NCBI RefSeq assembly: GCF_009914755.1
Contig: NC_060939.1
DNA from: the human T2T-CHM13v2.0 reference genome, Homo sapiens
DNA length: 64,000 nucleotides
Strand: one strand, 5' to 3'
Both the position numbers and the translations under genes were made by a program. Each line of letters starts with the position of its first letter. Within the stretch, counting starts at the first letter, position 1. Shown piece after piece: positions 1-11,689 of this stretch. The notes beneath the pieces were generated by a model that made no database searches, was not told the DNA's origin, and was given only the letters and a program-made list of their open reading frames with translations.

Positions 1-365
1 AACCCACTTTGTTTTCAATTTTTTTTTTCCTTTTTCTTTTGTTTCCAGCAGTTTTACCATCATGTGCCTGAATATCTACTTTTATTTTGTTTGGGGTTCA
101 TAAGACTTCTTGAATCTATACTTTGGTGTGTTTTGTTAATTTTGGGAGGCTCTTAGCTACTATGCTTTTAAACATTGCATCTTCCCCATTCTCCCTCTAG
201 TCTTTCTGACACTCTAATTACATGTATTTTTGAGCTTCTCACTATTTCCATGCCTCTTAATTCTTTTATGTGTATTTTCTATCTTTGTTTCTCTTCATGT
301 TTCATTCTGAATATTTTCTTCTGACCTCTTTTCCAGTTCACTGAATTGCTCTCTGGCTATATCTA
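1..365 (-). mobile_element. Ancient L1M fragment
   Basis: T-rich sequence resembling the antisense ORF1 region of old L1M elements. Subfamily not determinable. Confidence 0.55.
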
Positions 366-599
366 CAAGATATTGGAAAGACCTTAACCCCTTTTCTCAA
401 ACACAACTCAAACACAACTCACAACTAACATCTGCCAATGTGACCAAAAGGACTGGTAATATGACCCTCAACCTGGGCTTAAATCTATCATTATAAGTAC
501 TTCAGGATTCCTAGATCACGCTTATTCCCTAAAACCCAATCACCAAATCCATGGTCAGTGAGGCAACTTTCTCATGAACACATCTAATGTATTTTTATT

Positions 600-750
600 T
601 ACTTTTCTATCTGTCTCACTCCATAGAATACAAGCTCCATGAAAGCAATATTTTTTAACTGTTCAGTTCACTATTGTACACCCAATGTCTAAACAGTGCC
701 ATGCATATAAGAATAAGCAGTCAATAAATGTGTTCTGAATGAATAAATCG
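600..750 (+). mobile_element. L2 3' end
   Basis: tagaatacaagctccatga...cagtgcc...caataaatgtgttctgaatgaat, the typical L2 terminus. Confidence 0.65.
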
Positions 751-1549
751 TATGAGGATTATCTTTTATTACAAATCACCAAACTGGAACTTTATGAAAA
801 CAGCAATCAGAAATTTTATTTCTTAAAACAACAACAACAGCAACAGTAAAAAGCTGAATTGGTTAGCATAACAACTAGGTAAATATAAAAGCTAAAAAAG
901 ACAGTCAATTGGAGTTTGGAAGCATTGATTGTTACTTTTATTATTATCCTCTCCCAAACTGATAAGTCTTACATAGATTTAGGCTTCAAAAACACTCTTG
1001 CATTGCCCAGTTTGATTCCCAACACAAATGATATCATCACGGTATGGCGTTGCTACTACCAAAGTCCATTTACTCGAGACAGAAATGAGTCAAGTAGTCC
1101 TTTAAATGTGGGTGAAACTGATCCTTGATTTATTAATCTGCTCCAGTGACCATTTATAGCAACAGTGACCCAGCAGTACCTACAGCCCAGCACCCATTCA
1201 AGCCCCAAGTTGTCTCATTTAGTTTTACAGCATTAGGTTTTAGACTGGTAAATACCTTGCTCCATCTTGACAAATCACTTTTCTGCTCCTTAGCCTAAGG
1301 GCAAAGGTGGGGAGAGACAGGGTAGGAAAGTTGTGCTGAACCAAATGTTGGCAAATAAAAGTCATCATTTATCTTCTTACTTTCTTTGTCCTATTTGTAA
1401 GGAAATATTTTGTAGGTTGTATAGAGGCAGTGGCAGCATACCTCCATGGATGGGATCCTTGAGTTTATACACGTTGCTATGAGTGATGACAGCAAATTCC
1501 CATGCACAACATACTCAAGAGGCCTACCATCCCAACACTTTTAGTCATC

Positions 1550-1550
<1 letters not shown>

Positions 1551-1582
<32 letters not shown>
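1551..1582. repeat. (TG)16 microsatellite
   Basis: Read directly. Confidence 0.97.
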
Positions 1583-1586
<4 letters not shown>

Positions 1587-3779
1587 CATATAAAATTTTC
1601 TGAAGGGGTCTTTTTATAGACTTAACTATAGGATCAACTAGATTTCAATCCCCCATTGTGAGTAATGTTTTCACCTGAGTTCAATGGAAAGTTTTAAAGG
1701 GCCCTATTGTCTCTTTCTACCAAGACTAGTGAAATGTTGAAGAATAACATTTAAGTGTTTATTTAGCACTGAAACTCACTATACTGCTCTCTCTTAATTT
1801 TCTTAATCAGATATTTAAAAAAATTAAAAATACATGCTCATTGTTAAGAAGCCACAGATTACAGATATATAAAGAATTAAGCTTCTCTGTTTACTCCCTT
1901 CCTGCTCCCTTCCCCAAAGAATCCAATATGATCAGTCTGGTGATTATATGCCATCTCTTACTATCCTCATTCATACATAAATAAACATATAAGCTCCCGG
2001 CCTCCACCACCATTTTGAGAAAAACAGGATCATAACTCACACATCACCATTTGCCATGAATCAACAACATATTATGGCCATAACATCAGTTCAGGTTAGC
2101 AAAACTGGAGTTATCTGTCAATGTAATCATAACATTGGGAATAATGATTACAGTGGTACCTTCATTTTAGCATTAAGACTAGAATTACTCTGTAATTTAC
2201 CTACATTTATAGTAGATTCCATGTAGACCTAGTAGTTTTTTAAACAGAGTAGGTATTCAAGATACATGCTGGATTGAAGAGAAAAATAAAAACACAGAGA
2301 TGGCTAAACATTATAAAGTTTTTCAAGGCATTTGATGATATATCTCAAATAAAGCAAAATAAAATGAAAGAGCCAAGAATGGGCTGTAAGACTGATGATG
2401 TTTTTAAAAGTGACAACTTTTAAAAGTGTGTGCTTTTATTATTATATAAAATATATAATTGTCCCAGGAAATTATTTCAACAAAAAATAAACTTAAGTGC
2501 TGATTATAGGATACATTAGTACTTAGGAAATTATTTCAACAAGAGCACGATTAAATACTAAGTGAAAGTAGGGAACATTAATAAAATTGAGGTTAAATTC
2601 CTGTGAACTTTGTCTTTCTATAAATACAATTGCTTTGCTAATAATTAATTTAAAATACTATTTTCCATAAAGCTGTTAGAAAATCTAAAACAACCTCATA
2701 AGGAAGAAAGAGCCTTCTGAGTAGTTGCAAGTAAAAGTCTGATTTTTCTGTTAAAGGTTATACATTTTAATATGATTTTCTGATTGATTTATGTAAAGCT
2801 TTGGATTTTTCATTTTCTCAAGCCTGTCACTGCAGTGATGCATGGTATATTTTACTATCAAATTTGCCATAAGCAATAAAGTTGGGGCCCCAAAGAAATT
2901 TTAATATATTTCTCCGTTTTTATCTCACAGCTTTCTATTATTTGGTTATTTTGTTTAGAATCCCATGTTTAGTTGATATCATTTTTACATTCATATAAAT
3001 AATTTAAAATTTTAACTTAAAGGTAAAATTTAAGTAGATTAATTATTTAATAGAAAAGTTTAAGGGTCATCATATGTAAAGTGAAAGTCTAAATGATAAA
3101 TCAAAATTTACACTAACAATATTTTTAAATGTTTTATTTTACATTCTAGTTGCTTAAAGCATTTTTCTCTAACAAGATAAATGGAAAAAAAAATAGAACT
3201 CATTAAATGGCATATAATGTGAAATGGAGACACACCTGTAAGATTCTTTATGAATAAAAAATAAAATATGAAAATAACAACCAATTAAATTAAAAAGTTC
3301 TTATTAGAACTAATAGCTGTTACAGAATTTATGAAGATGAAAATGGAACAGTAGTCAAGACATCTGTATGTAACCTAGTAGAAAGAATAAGTCCTTAAAC
3401 AACTAAACATAAAGCAGAATAAATAAGGTTATTTGCAACAAGAAAGGAAGAGAAACAAATTGACAGGGCAGTTCATCTCTTGTGCCTAAAGGTATAAGAG
3501 TATTTTAGTTCAATCTTGCATAGTCTGTAGGATTAAGTAGTTAAAAAGAGAAGAAGAAAGGAAAGCCGGTAAGACAGAATAAGGCAACGAAGGAGAGAAG
3601 CAGGAGGCATAATCAGGGAGTGGCCATTGGTTCAGTATCACTAGAGCAAAGTGGACAGGCAGGGGAATCCTAGGAGCAAGACTGAAAAAGGATGCTATGG
3701 CCATATGTCAGATAGCCTTCCATTCATGGCTAATAATTTTATTCACTTAGAAAATAATGAAGTACTATTGTGGAATTTT

Positions 3780-4600
3780 GTGCAGGGAGTCATACACTAG
3801 AAAGAAAATCTATATGGCAGTGAAACTGACTATAGAGAATATGAAAGCAAGGATTCGAATTAGTTGTATCTTGTCCAAGAGTTGGGTAAGATATAAATTT
3901 AATGAGAGATAAGCATGGGGATGGAAATATGTGCATATTAGGACTAGAATATAAAAGATTAGATAATCAATTGAATTTTCATAGTAAATGAGAGGATAGC
4001 TTAAGAGATGATTCCAACATTCTGTGGTTGAGTTACTATGAGGAGAACAGTTGTGTTAAATAACAAAAATAGGGAATAAAGACACTTTGAGGGGAAAATG
4101 AGTTCAAGTTTTGTACATAATGAGAATGACATGTATTGGTAGCCATGTGCAGCAGCCAGTCAGAAATAAGAACCTAGAGTTAAGGAGAAAGTAGATGTTA
4201 GTAAAAGACTAGAAAGAGAGTGACTTTAGAATCATCTGGATAAAGAGGTGAAAAGTAAACTTGCAGAAAATACATAATTCCAGAAAAAGAAAATATTGAA
4301 AAAGAAAAGAATGGACCTATAAAAAGAACTTGCAGCATATGTGCATGTTGAAGGTAAAAAGAAGAGAAGCTACTGAAGAAGATAGGAGAAATCTAAAGAA
4401 AGGCAGAAAAGTCAGACTAGTACAGAGGCATATGACCATTATAGGGGAAATTTTCAAAGAGATGGTGGCCAGTATTATCAAGGAAAGGCATTAAGGATTA
4501 TGAAGAATGAAAAAAGGCCAACAGCAGTTCATCAAAGTAATTAAGGTCAAGCTAGATTGCAAATGTGTTATAAAGCAAATGAAAACTGATGGAATTTAGA
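3780..4600 (-). mobile_element. Degraded L2 fragments
   Basis: Purine-rich sequence with antisense L2 motifs (aagagatgattccaacattct..., tgagttcaagttttgtacat). Boundaries approximate. Confidence 0.45.
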
Positions 4601-5039
4601 AAACAGATTGATTTTAAGAGTGGTATTCAGGGTACTACATTCTAGATATTACTAATATTTGGGGTGGAATGTTAATTCGTTAAGATGCATCTGAAATACA
4701 ATGTGATTTTGATAAAATATGTAGAAGAGTACCTGACATTTTTGTTATCCAGCATTTATTCATCTTTCTTTTGGTAATCATACTTCATTTTCTGTCTAAA
4801 GAATTCCTTCTCTACCATGTGGGTTAGTTTAGGAGTAAAGCTGGCAACATGTGAAAGTTTAGCCCTGGACCCTGTGACTGAGAGGCATATCAACTAACTC
4901 TGAATTCACACCAAGAATACCACCTTAAAGCCTGTTATATGAAAAAAAAAAAAAGAAAAATCCCAAATAGTCCTAATTGAGCCAACATGTAACATATTAA
5001 GCTATAACAATGAAGAGAAAAAAGGTGTCTAAACAAAAT

Positions 5040-6860
5040 TCCAATGAATGAAATCAAAGAACTAAACAAAGAGATATTGCATGTTCATGGATAAAAAGAC
5101 TCAATATCGTCATGATGTCAATTCTTCCCAAATTGATCTTCAATCCCAGTCAAAATCCAAGCAAGTTTTTTTGTGGATACGGAAAAACTGATTGTAAGGT
5201 TTTTATCAAGAGACAAAAAACCCAAAATGGTCAATACAATACGGAAGAAGAAAAAAGTTGGAAGACAAACACTATCTGACTTGAATATTTACTGCAAAGC
5301 TATAGTAATCAAGACTGTGGTATTTGCAAAAGAGACAAATCCATCAGTGGAACAGACTGGGGAGCCCAGAAATAGACCACACAAATATACAAAAGAACAA
5401 GGCAATATGATGGAGAAAAGATAGTCTTTTCAAGAAATGGTGCTGGAACAACTGAATAACTACATTTTTAAAAAACGAATCCATATATAGATGTTATGTC
5501 CTTTACAAAAATGAATTCAGAATGTATCACAAACATAAACATAAAGCACAAAGCTATCAAGCTTCGACAAGATAATCCAGATGACCTTGGATTTTGCAAT
5601 GATTTTACAGATAGATATAACATTAAAAGCATAATACTAGAAAAAAAGAATTGATAAGCTGGAGTTCCTTAAAATTAAAAACTTGTGCTTTGTAAAAGAC
5701 ACTGTTAAGAGAATGAAAAGACAAAACATAGAATGGTAGAACATATTTGCAAATACATATTTGATAAAGAACTGTTATCCAAAATATGCAAAGAACTCTT
5801 AAAACTCAATAATAAGACAAAAACCCCAATTAAAAATAGTCAAAAGATCTGAAGAGACATCTCACCAAAGGAGATACACAGATGGCAAACAAACATGAAA
5901 AGATGTTCAACATCACATATCTTTAGGTAGTTGCAAACTAAAACAACAATGAGAGAACACTTCAGACCTACCAGAATGGCAAAAGTCCAAAATTCCTACA
6001 ATGCTCAATGCTGGTCAGGAGGTGGAACAACAGAAACTCTCATTCATTGTTGGTGGGAATACAAAATAGTACAACTACTTTGGAAAACAGTGTGGCAGTT
6101 TTTTTTACAAAGCTAAACATAATCTTACCATATGATCCAGTAATTGTGCTCCTTGGTATTTATACACCTGAAAAAAACTTATCTTCACACAAAAACCTGT
6201 TCATGGATGTTTATAGTCGCTTTATTCATAATCGCCAAAACATGGAAGCAACTGAGATGTTCTTCAATAGGTGCATGGACAAATGAAATGTGGTAGAACC
6301 AGACAATAAAATTTTATTCTACACTAAAAAAAAAATGAGCTACATATACATGACAAGATACAGAGAAACCTAAATGCATATTAATACATGAAAGAAGCCA
6401 ATCTGAAAAGCTATATACTGCATGAAAAGCTATATACTGTATGATTTCAACTACATTACATTCTGGTAAAAGCAAAACTATGTACACAGTGAAAAGATCA
6501 GTTGCTAAGGGTTAAAGGAGAGGGAGGGATGAATAAGTAAAACACAGAGGATTTTTTAAGGCAGTGAAATTATTCTGTATAATACTATAACGGTTGACAA
6601 ATGTCATTACACATTTGTCAAAACCCATATTATGTACAACACCAAGAGTGAACCCTCACGTAAACTATGGACTTTGGGTGATAATAATGTGTCAATGTAG
6701 GTTCATCAGTTGTAACAAATGTACCACTCTATTATAAGACATTGACGGTAGGGGAGGCTGTGAATGTGTGGAGGTAGAGGGTATATGGGAAATCTCTGCA
6801 TTTTCTGCTCCATTTTTGCTGTGAACCTAAAACTGTTCTAAAACATAAAGTCTATTTTTT
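5040..6860 (+). mobile_element. Old L1 (L1MC1-like) ORF2 3' part and 3' UTR
   Basis: Degenerate ORF2 peptides (5173..5424, 5931..6116). 3' UTR ...gtaaactatggactttgggtgataataatgtgtc...gtgaacctaaaactgttctaaaacataaagtc. Confidence 0.82.
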
Positions 6861-7469
6861 GTAAAAGTTTTCTAAGGTCAACATAGTTAATACTGAAAAA
6901 CAGCATTTTAAAAATCAGTTATAAAATAACTTGTAAGAGTTAAGGACATTCTTCCTAATTGTCCAATAACGTTGAAACACTTCAACCATGAATATATTTA
7001 AAATAAAAATGATAAATCGCTTTGGCGACACCCAGTAGAATAAGCTTGACTGGCTAAATAAAGTGACCATCTTTTCATCTTCATTTTCAAATGCCTCTGC
7101 ATCATGACATTATTGGTAGGGATTGGAGCAAGAAAGAGAGAAGGAGGAAAAGAAACTAGTGTGATAAAAAAAGAAATGCTACAGAAATGGGGTTTATAGA
7201 TGAAATAAAAGAAAAAAAAGGTCATAGGGAAGATGTGTTAACGAAAGAGAAAGAGTGAATTCCAAGAAAGTTGGCACTATTAATGAACATGCCGTCGACA
7301 TTTTCCCAATTAATAAATGGTTCCACTAACCTCTTCTAGTGAAAGTATGTTTCTCTAAAAAAATAAGAGTCATGAGAAAAAAATAAACTAGTCATAGTAA
7401 CTGAGAAAATACTATGCAATTTTTTTGTATAGAAATGGTGGTTTAATGAACAATGTTCCAAAACACTTT
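6290..7469 (-). other. DPH6: DPH6 3' UTR (end approximate); distal part runs into an antisense L1MC-type element
   Basis: Lies downstream of the stop codon. The first canonical minus-strand AATAAA I found is at 6318-6313, and a weaker ATTAAA is at 7447-7442. The cleavage site is inferred. Confidence 0.6.
6313..6318 (-). terminator. Candidate DPH6 polyadenylation signal AATAAA
   Basis: Plus-strand tttatt at 6313-6318, part of the 14-bp palindrome aataaaattttatt (6305-6318). Confidence 0.55.
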
Positions 7470-7523
7470 TCAAAAATTATATATATAATTAGATGTTCTG
7501 TAGTTGTCAGGCACTGAGGACAC
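7470..7523 (-). CDS. DPH6: DPH6 terminal coding exon (probably exon 9): VSSVPDNYRTSNYIYNF*
   Basis: Long pyrimidine tract ending in tag (AG at 7525-7524), followed by 17 codons and TGA at 7472-7470. Matches the recognised human DPH6 C-terminus. Confidence 0.95.
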   Translation of the reverse strand: MSSVPDNYRTSNYIYNF

Positions 7524-7575
7524 CTAAAAAAAAAAGGGAAGGAAAGGGAAGGAAAATGCACCATATTTATTCAGT

Positions 7576-7684
7576 GTCAGTGAATATGACACTTCAAAGA
7601 TGTAATACTGTTATCTGAAATACTGTTATCTTCGCAGCCTATTTCAGGTAACAGTATTGCTTCTTTGAGGTGTCATACTGAAGA
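7576..7684 (-). ncRNA. MIR3942: microRNA precursor MIR3942 (intronic, sense to DPH6)
   Basis: 38-bp inverted repeat (7585-7622 vs 7640-7677, 4 mismatches). The minus strand gives AAGCAAUACUGUUACCUGAAAU (7662-7641) and UUUCAGAUAACAGUAUUACAU (7620-7600), recognised as miR-3942-5p and -3p. Confidence 0.9.
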
Positions 7685-8840
7685 CCAATCAAATACCAAA
7701 ACAACGAGGTGAACAGTGAGCTATTCGGGTAGAGCTGAACATAGAATGGCTGGAATGCCTACACATGAATTCAGTGCTTTTGACTTTGTGTGTGCGTACA
7801 TGGTAGCAAAAGTAGCAGAAAACTACAAGTTAGGGGTTCAAGTAAATCTGAAAAACATTTGGATAGTGTAACTTAATTCTTGTGGGGGTTACCAGCTTTT
7901 TGATAAAAGGTCACCAATAGTCATCATCCAGCCCAATTCCACAACCTATTTTTAATCCTGCCCATTGTCATTCTTCTGGAGAACTGGCACCTATAATTAT
8001 CCTCACCTGTAGAAACCCTCTCATCTTGAGATTTTTGGCATTACCACTCTTTTCCTACTTTTGCCGAATTCTTGTTAATCCTCTTACTCCTTCAGATTTC
8101 CTATGATGTAAAATATGTAACTGTGGGTGTGCCTCAAGACTTGGGGGAAAGAACACTAAATATACAGAAGACATTTTCTAATCCTTTTCTGTCACTACAC
8201 TCATTTCTTCACATAATTTCAGCTATCATTTTTATGGTAACTAATATAAAGCAACATCTGAAGGATGAGACCTCTCAATCAAGGAATCTAATCCAGAACT
8301 TTATTCCACAAGATATCTTTAAATTAAAATTTTACTGTATCTTGACAGTGTATTTAAAATAAAACTCTTTATTGTAATTTTGCTTCACTTTCCATCTTCC
8401 ATTTTTACTTCTCTTTTCCTGGATATTTTTGTAAAGGTTTTATTTCTCCTTTTCCTCTCTTAAGCTTTGAATAATGACAATCCAATTTATCCTCAAACCC
8501 TTCCCTTAATGCTTATGTACAGTAACTTAAATGTGATCCTGCTAGATGATTTAATATTTGATTTTATATTGTCCTCCCATTGTTTAATGTATATACTATT
8601 CCCTTTTTAACTGACCTGCAAACTTTTCATAAATGTAGTATCTTTTGTATCATATATAACTCAAAACTATAAGCATTTGTAAAATTCTTAGTTATTGACT
8701 GAGGAGCTGAAAAAAAACCACTAATGATAAAAATCAATTTTCTTTTTCCTGTCATCTGTTGTTACAGAATTATATATGCAAAGCCAATGTATATATCTCA
8801 AATTTCTATTGAAATCACTGTGAATCTTAGATTTACTTGC

Positions 8841-8928
8841 CTTGTCCTCCAAGTGCAATTCTAAAAAGCGTAGATAAGCCACAGGTGCAAATGCATCAGC
8901 TGAATGTATGACTACTTCTGATGAATCC
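8841..8928 (-). CDS. DPH6: DPH6 coding exon (probably exon 8): (V)DSSEVVIHSADAFAPVAYLRFLELHLEDK
   Basis: 88-nt exon inside track ORF 8721..8939(-). Acceptor tttgtatttcag, phase 2 in. The donor is non-canonical AAG|gcaagt, which gives an in-frame join to the last exon. Confidence 0.96.
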
Positions 8929-11689
8929 CTGAAATACAAAAATTTTACAATACATTTATATGCTACAAAAATTGTGACAAATCATTCCTCCTACTGACTA
9001 GAAGAGACTAAACATTCTTGTTTTATATTTATCTCCATTGGTATACAACATGTAGTGATTAATAAATATTTTTAATAACCCAGTATTTAATTGGGAAAAG
9101 GTTCAAGTATACTAAGCTTTTAAGAAAAAACAATGAGGCTTTCTATCTTCATAAGAACATAAGAGTTCAACTTTCAGGTTCACTCAAAGCTCTCTGAACA
9201 ATTTTAAGACTTAAATTCCTGTTCAATTTCATTTTCACGTATTTGCTTGGTATAGGCTAAGCATTAAACATTAGTGCTTTATCTTCATTATTCTTTTCAT
9301 TTTCAAGAGGTAATTCATTCAATGTTTCACACAAAATCTCAATTATCCTTCACAAAAGCAGTACTGGTGATGATTTTAAGCTCTAGATGAACTCTTCACA
9401 CTGCAGTATCATTGCTATTAAAATTGATTGTCTGACATAGTAATGACCACATTCAGGTAAAATGGTATGAACTGCATGCTGGCACCATATGGATACATGT
9501 AAATTAACTCAACTTTTATCAAAGATACCCTGTAAAGCACATTTGAATAACTAAGATTATGTGTAAAGTTCTAATAATGAATTATTTTTTATTGTTTATT
9601 AAGAGAGTAATAATGTTTTGAATTTCAACTGAAAATTTAAAAATAGAAATTCCTCATATCACTTTAGTGCCTTGGGAAGTACTTCTATTGTTTATATTAA
9701 TAGTTAGCATTTTGACCATTGTAGTACAGTAAAATAAATCCTGACATTGACATTTTGTCGCTAATGTAAAAATATTTTTGAATCGACTTGTATCATGCAA
9801 AGTTACTCGGTGGCAATAGAAGAAATCTCAAAATATTTGGCTCCAAATTATTAAACTTTCATAAGCAAAATGTTTACTTCCCACTTGAAAGATCAAGAAA
9901 AAAGTACGTTTGATGATTAAAAACCCCAATTATCATTCATGAACCTTTAGTATCAAATATGTATCTTTCTAATGCTTAGAAAAAATAACATTAAAAAGGC
10001 TTCCATGACATTAAAAGGAAAGCAACTTATAACAGACATAGAATCATTCAAGATTCAGCATCCTGATGGAAACATATAATTTGCCTTCACAGTCTACATC
10101 AACCAAAGATGCCACCAGGTATGATGAGGAGCAGCAGCAGAAAGAGAAAGTACAGAGGAGGCCCTCCTGCTTGCTACCACCTGTCCCTCTGGCTTGACCC
10201 CAACTTGGTTTGTTAGCCCTAATCTTACTGTTTTTCCATTTCCTCCACAGTTGCCTGCTCTGGTCCTATCTTGGCTCTTTAATCAAACCTCAATTCCTAT
10301 TATACAATCTTACTCTTACATTAAATGTCAATATATCTGTTCCAGACTTTAGCCTTGGACACTGACCCTGAGCCTTAACTATGTCTAATTCAGGCAGCTT
10401 GGTTTTGATATTCTTGACAATGGGGTGCGCCAAAACTATAATTAACCTGAACTAATACTATCTCAGTAGAAAGGGTTTTAGGTCCTCCCTTCTCATGTCA
10501 GTTATCACCACTAGAAACAGAGGGATGACAGCAAATAGCTTAAATGATCTGAATCAAGATTATTACCCAGAGAGAATATATGACATTCTGAGCACTAAAT
10601 GAAGAAGACTCCAGTTTTTATAAACTCTATTAAATTCATAATTTCTAATTGACTAACATAATTTCATTCACTTATACAAAGGAAGAGTCAACTGGGAGAG
10701 ACCAGATTTCAAATGAACAGCTTTCAGTTTCAAGCAGAATAATACCACTCACTATTGCTCTTCTCTCTCATATACTATCACAGTGATACTCAAATTTCAA
10801 GGAACTCTGGTCTCTGCTTCATGGATTTCTCTGAATCCTGAAAGCAGAATCTGTCAGAATATCCTCAGATTAATCCAGAAAACTAAGACAATTGTGCCAC
10901 AGCAAAAATGCTCCCCAGCTGGCTGTCCTCCTTTCCTTTCTCCATTAATCAGTGTAGCAGTTACCACCTGTCATATAGCTAGGTCTTTTCCACAGCCAAG
11001 AGCATGCCCATGTTCTCTTTCATTACTACACTAGGCTCACCCCTACTTAACAACATCAAATGGGCAGCTGGGTTTGGTTTGGGCCTCTCTTCCTTGATAC
11101 CAGCCTCCTGAGGTGTTGGGGTCAGGCTCTACCTCTCACCTCAAAAAAAAAAATGGTATTCCCTCTTGAGACTCAGCCATGGTCTTTGTCCCCACCTCTC
11201 CTCTAAAAGGACAACTACGCTAAGCTGGGACTGAACCACTGTTTACCTCTCTTGCTCAAACATACGGTTTCTGTATTCACTAAAAGGTATACAGATATTC
11301 CCCACAGACTCACACTTATCCTCACAGACATCTCAAATGTTATTTCCATGAAGCCTTCCCTGACACCCTCAGACAGTACTAGTTTTCTCCGTTATGTGCT
11401 TCAGTATTGCATTTATAGCCCTTTCATAACACATCCACTACATTATAATTATGTGTTTGTGTGCCTTTCTTCGGGGAGAGGAACCAGTTTTGTTCATCTT
11501 TGTCTGCCTGTCCCTGTTCTACCCCACCCTGAGCTCTGTATAAAGTACATTGCCTAATATTCATTAGATATTTGTTGAATAAATGAATGTACAGTTAAAC
11601 TTTGTTAAGTATCCTCACAATTACACACTAATTAGTGAAACTATTAGAAACTCACAGTGATTTTTCAATTACCTATCTTCATGTGAATA

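Noticed and set aside
1449-1530. Loose inverted repeat (gatgg..cttgagt / actcaag..ccatc)
   Set aside because: The arms are short and gapped, compatible with chance.
2290-2400. KAFDDIS-like motif suggesting a second CR1/L3 fragment
   Set aside because: A single short motif without convincing collinear support.
9363-9442. Box C (GTGATGA) ... box D (CTGA) spacing resembling a C/D snoRNA
   Set aside because: It is antisense to the host transcript, the terminal stem is poor, and I recognised no rRNA or snRNA guide.
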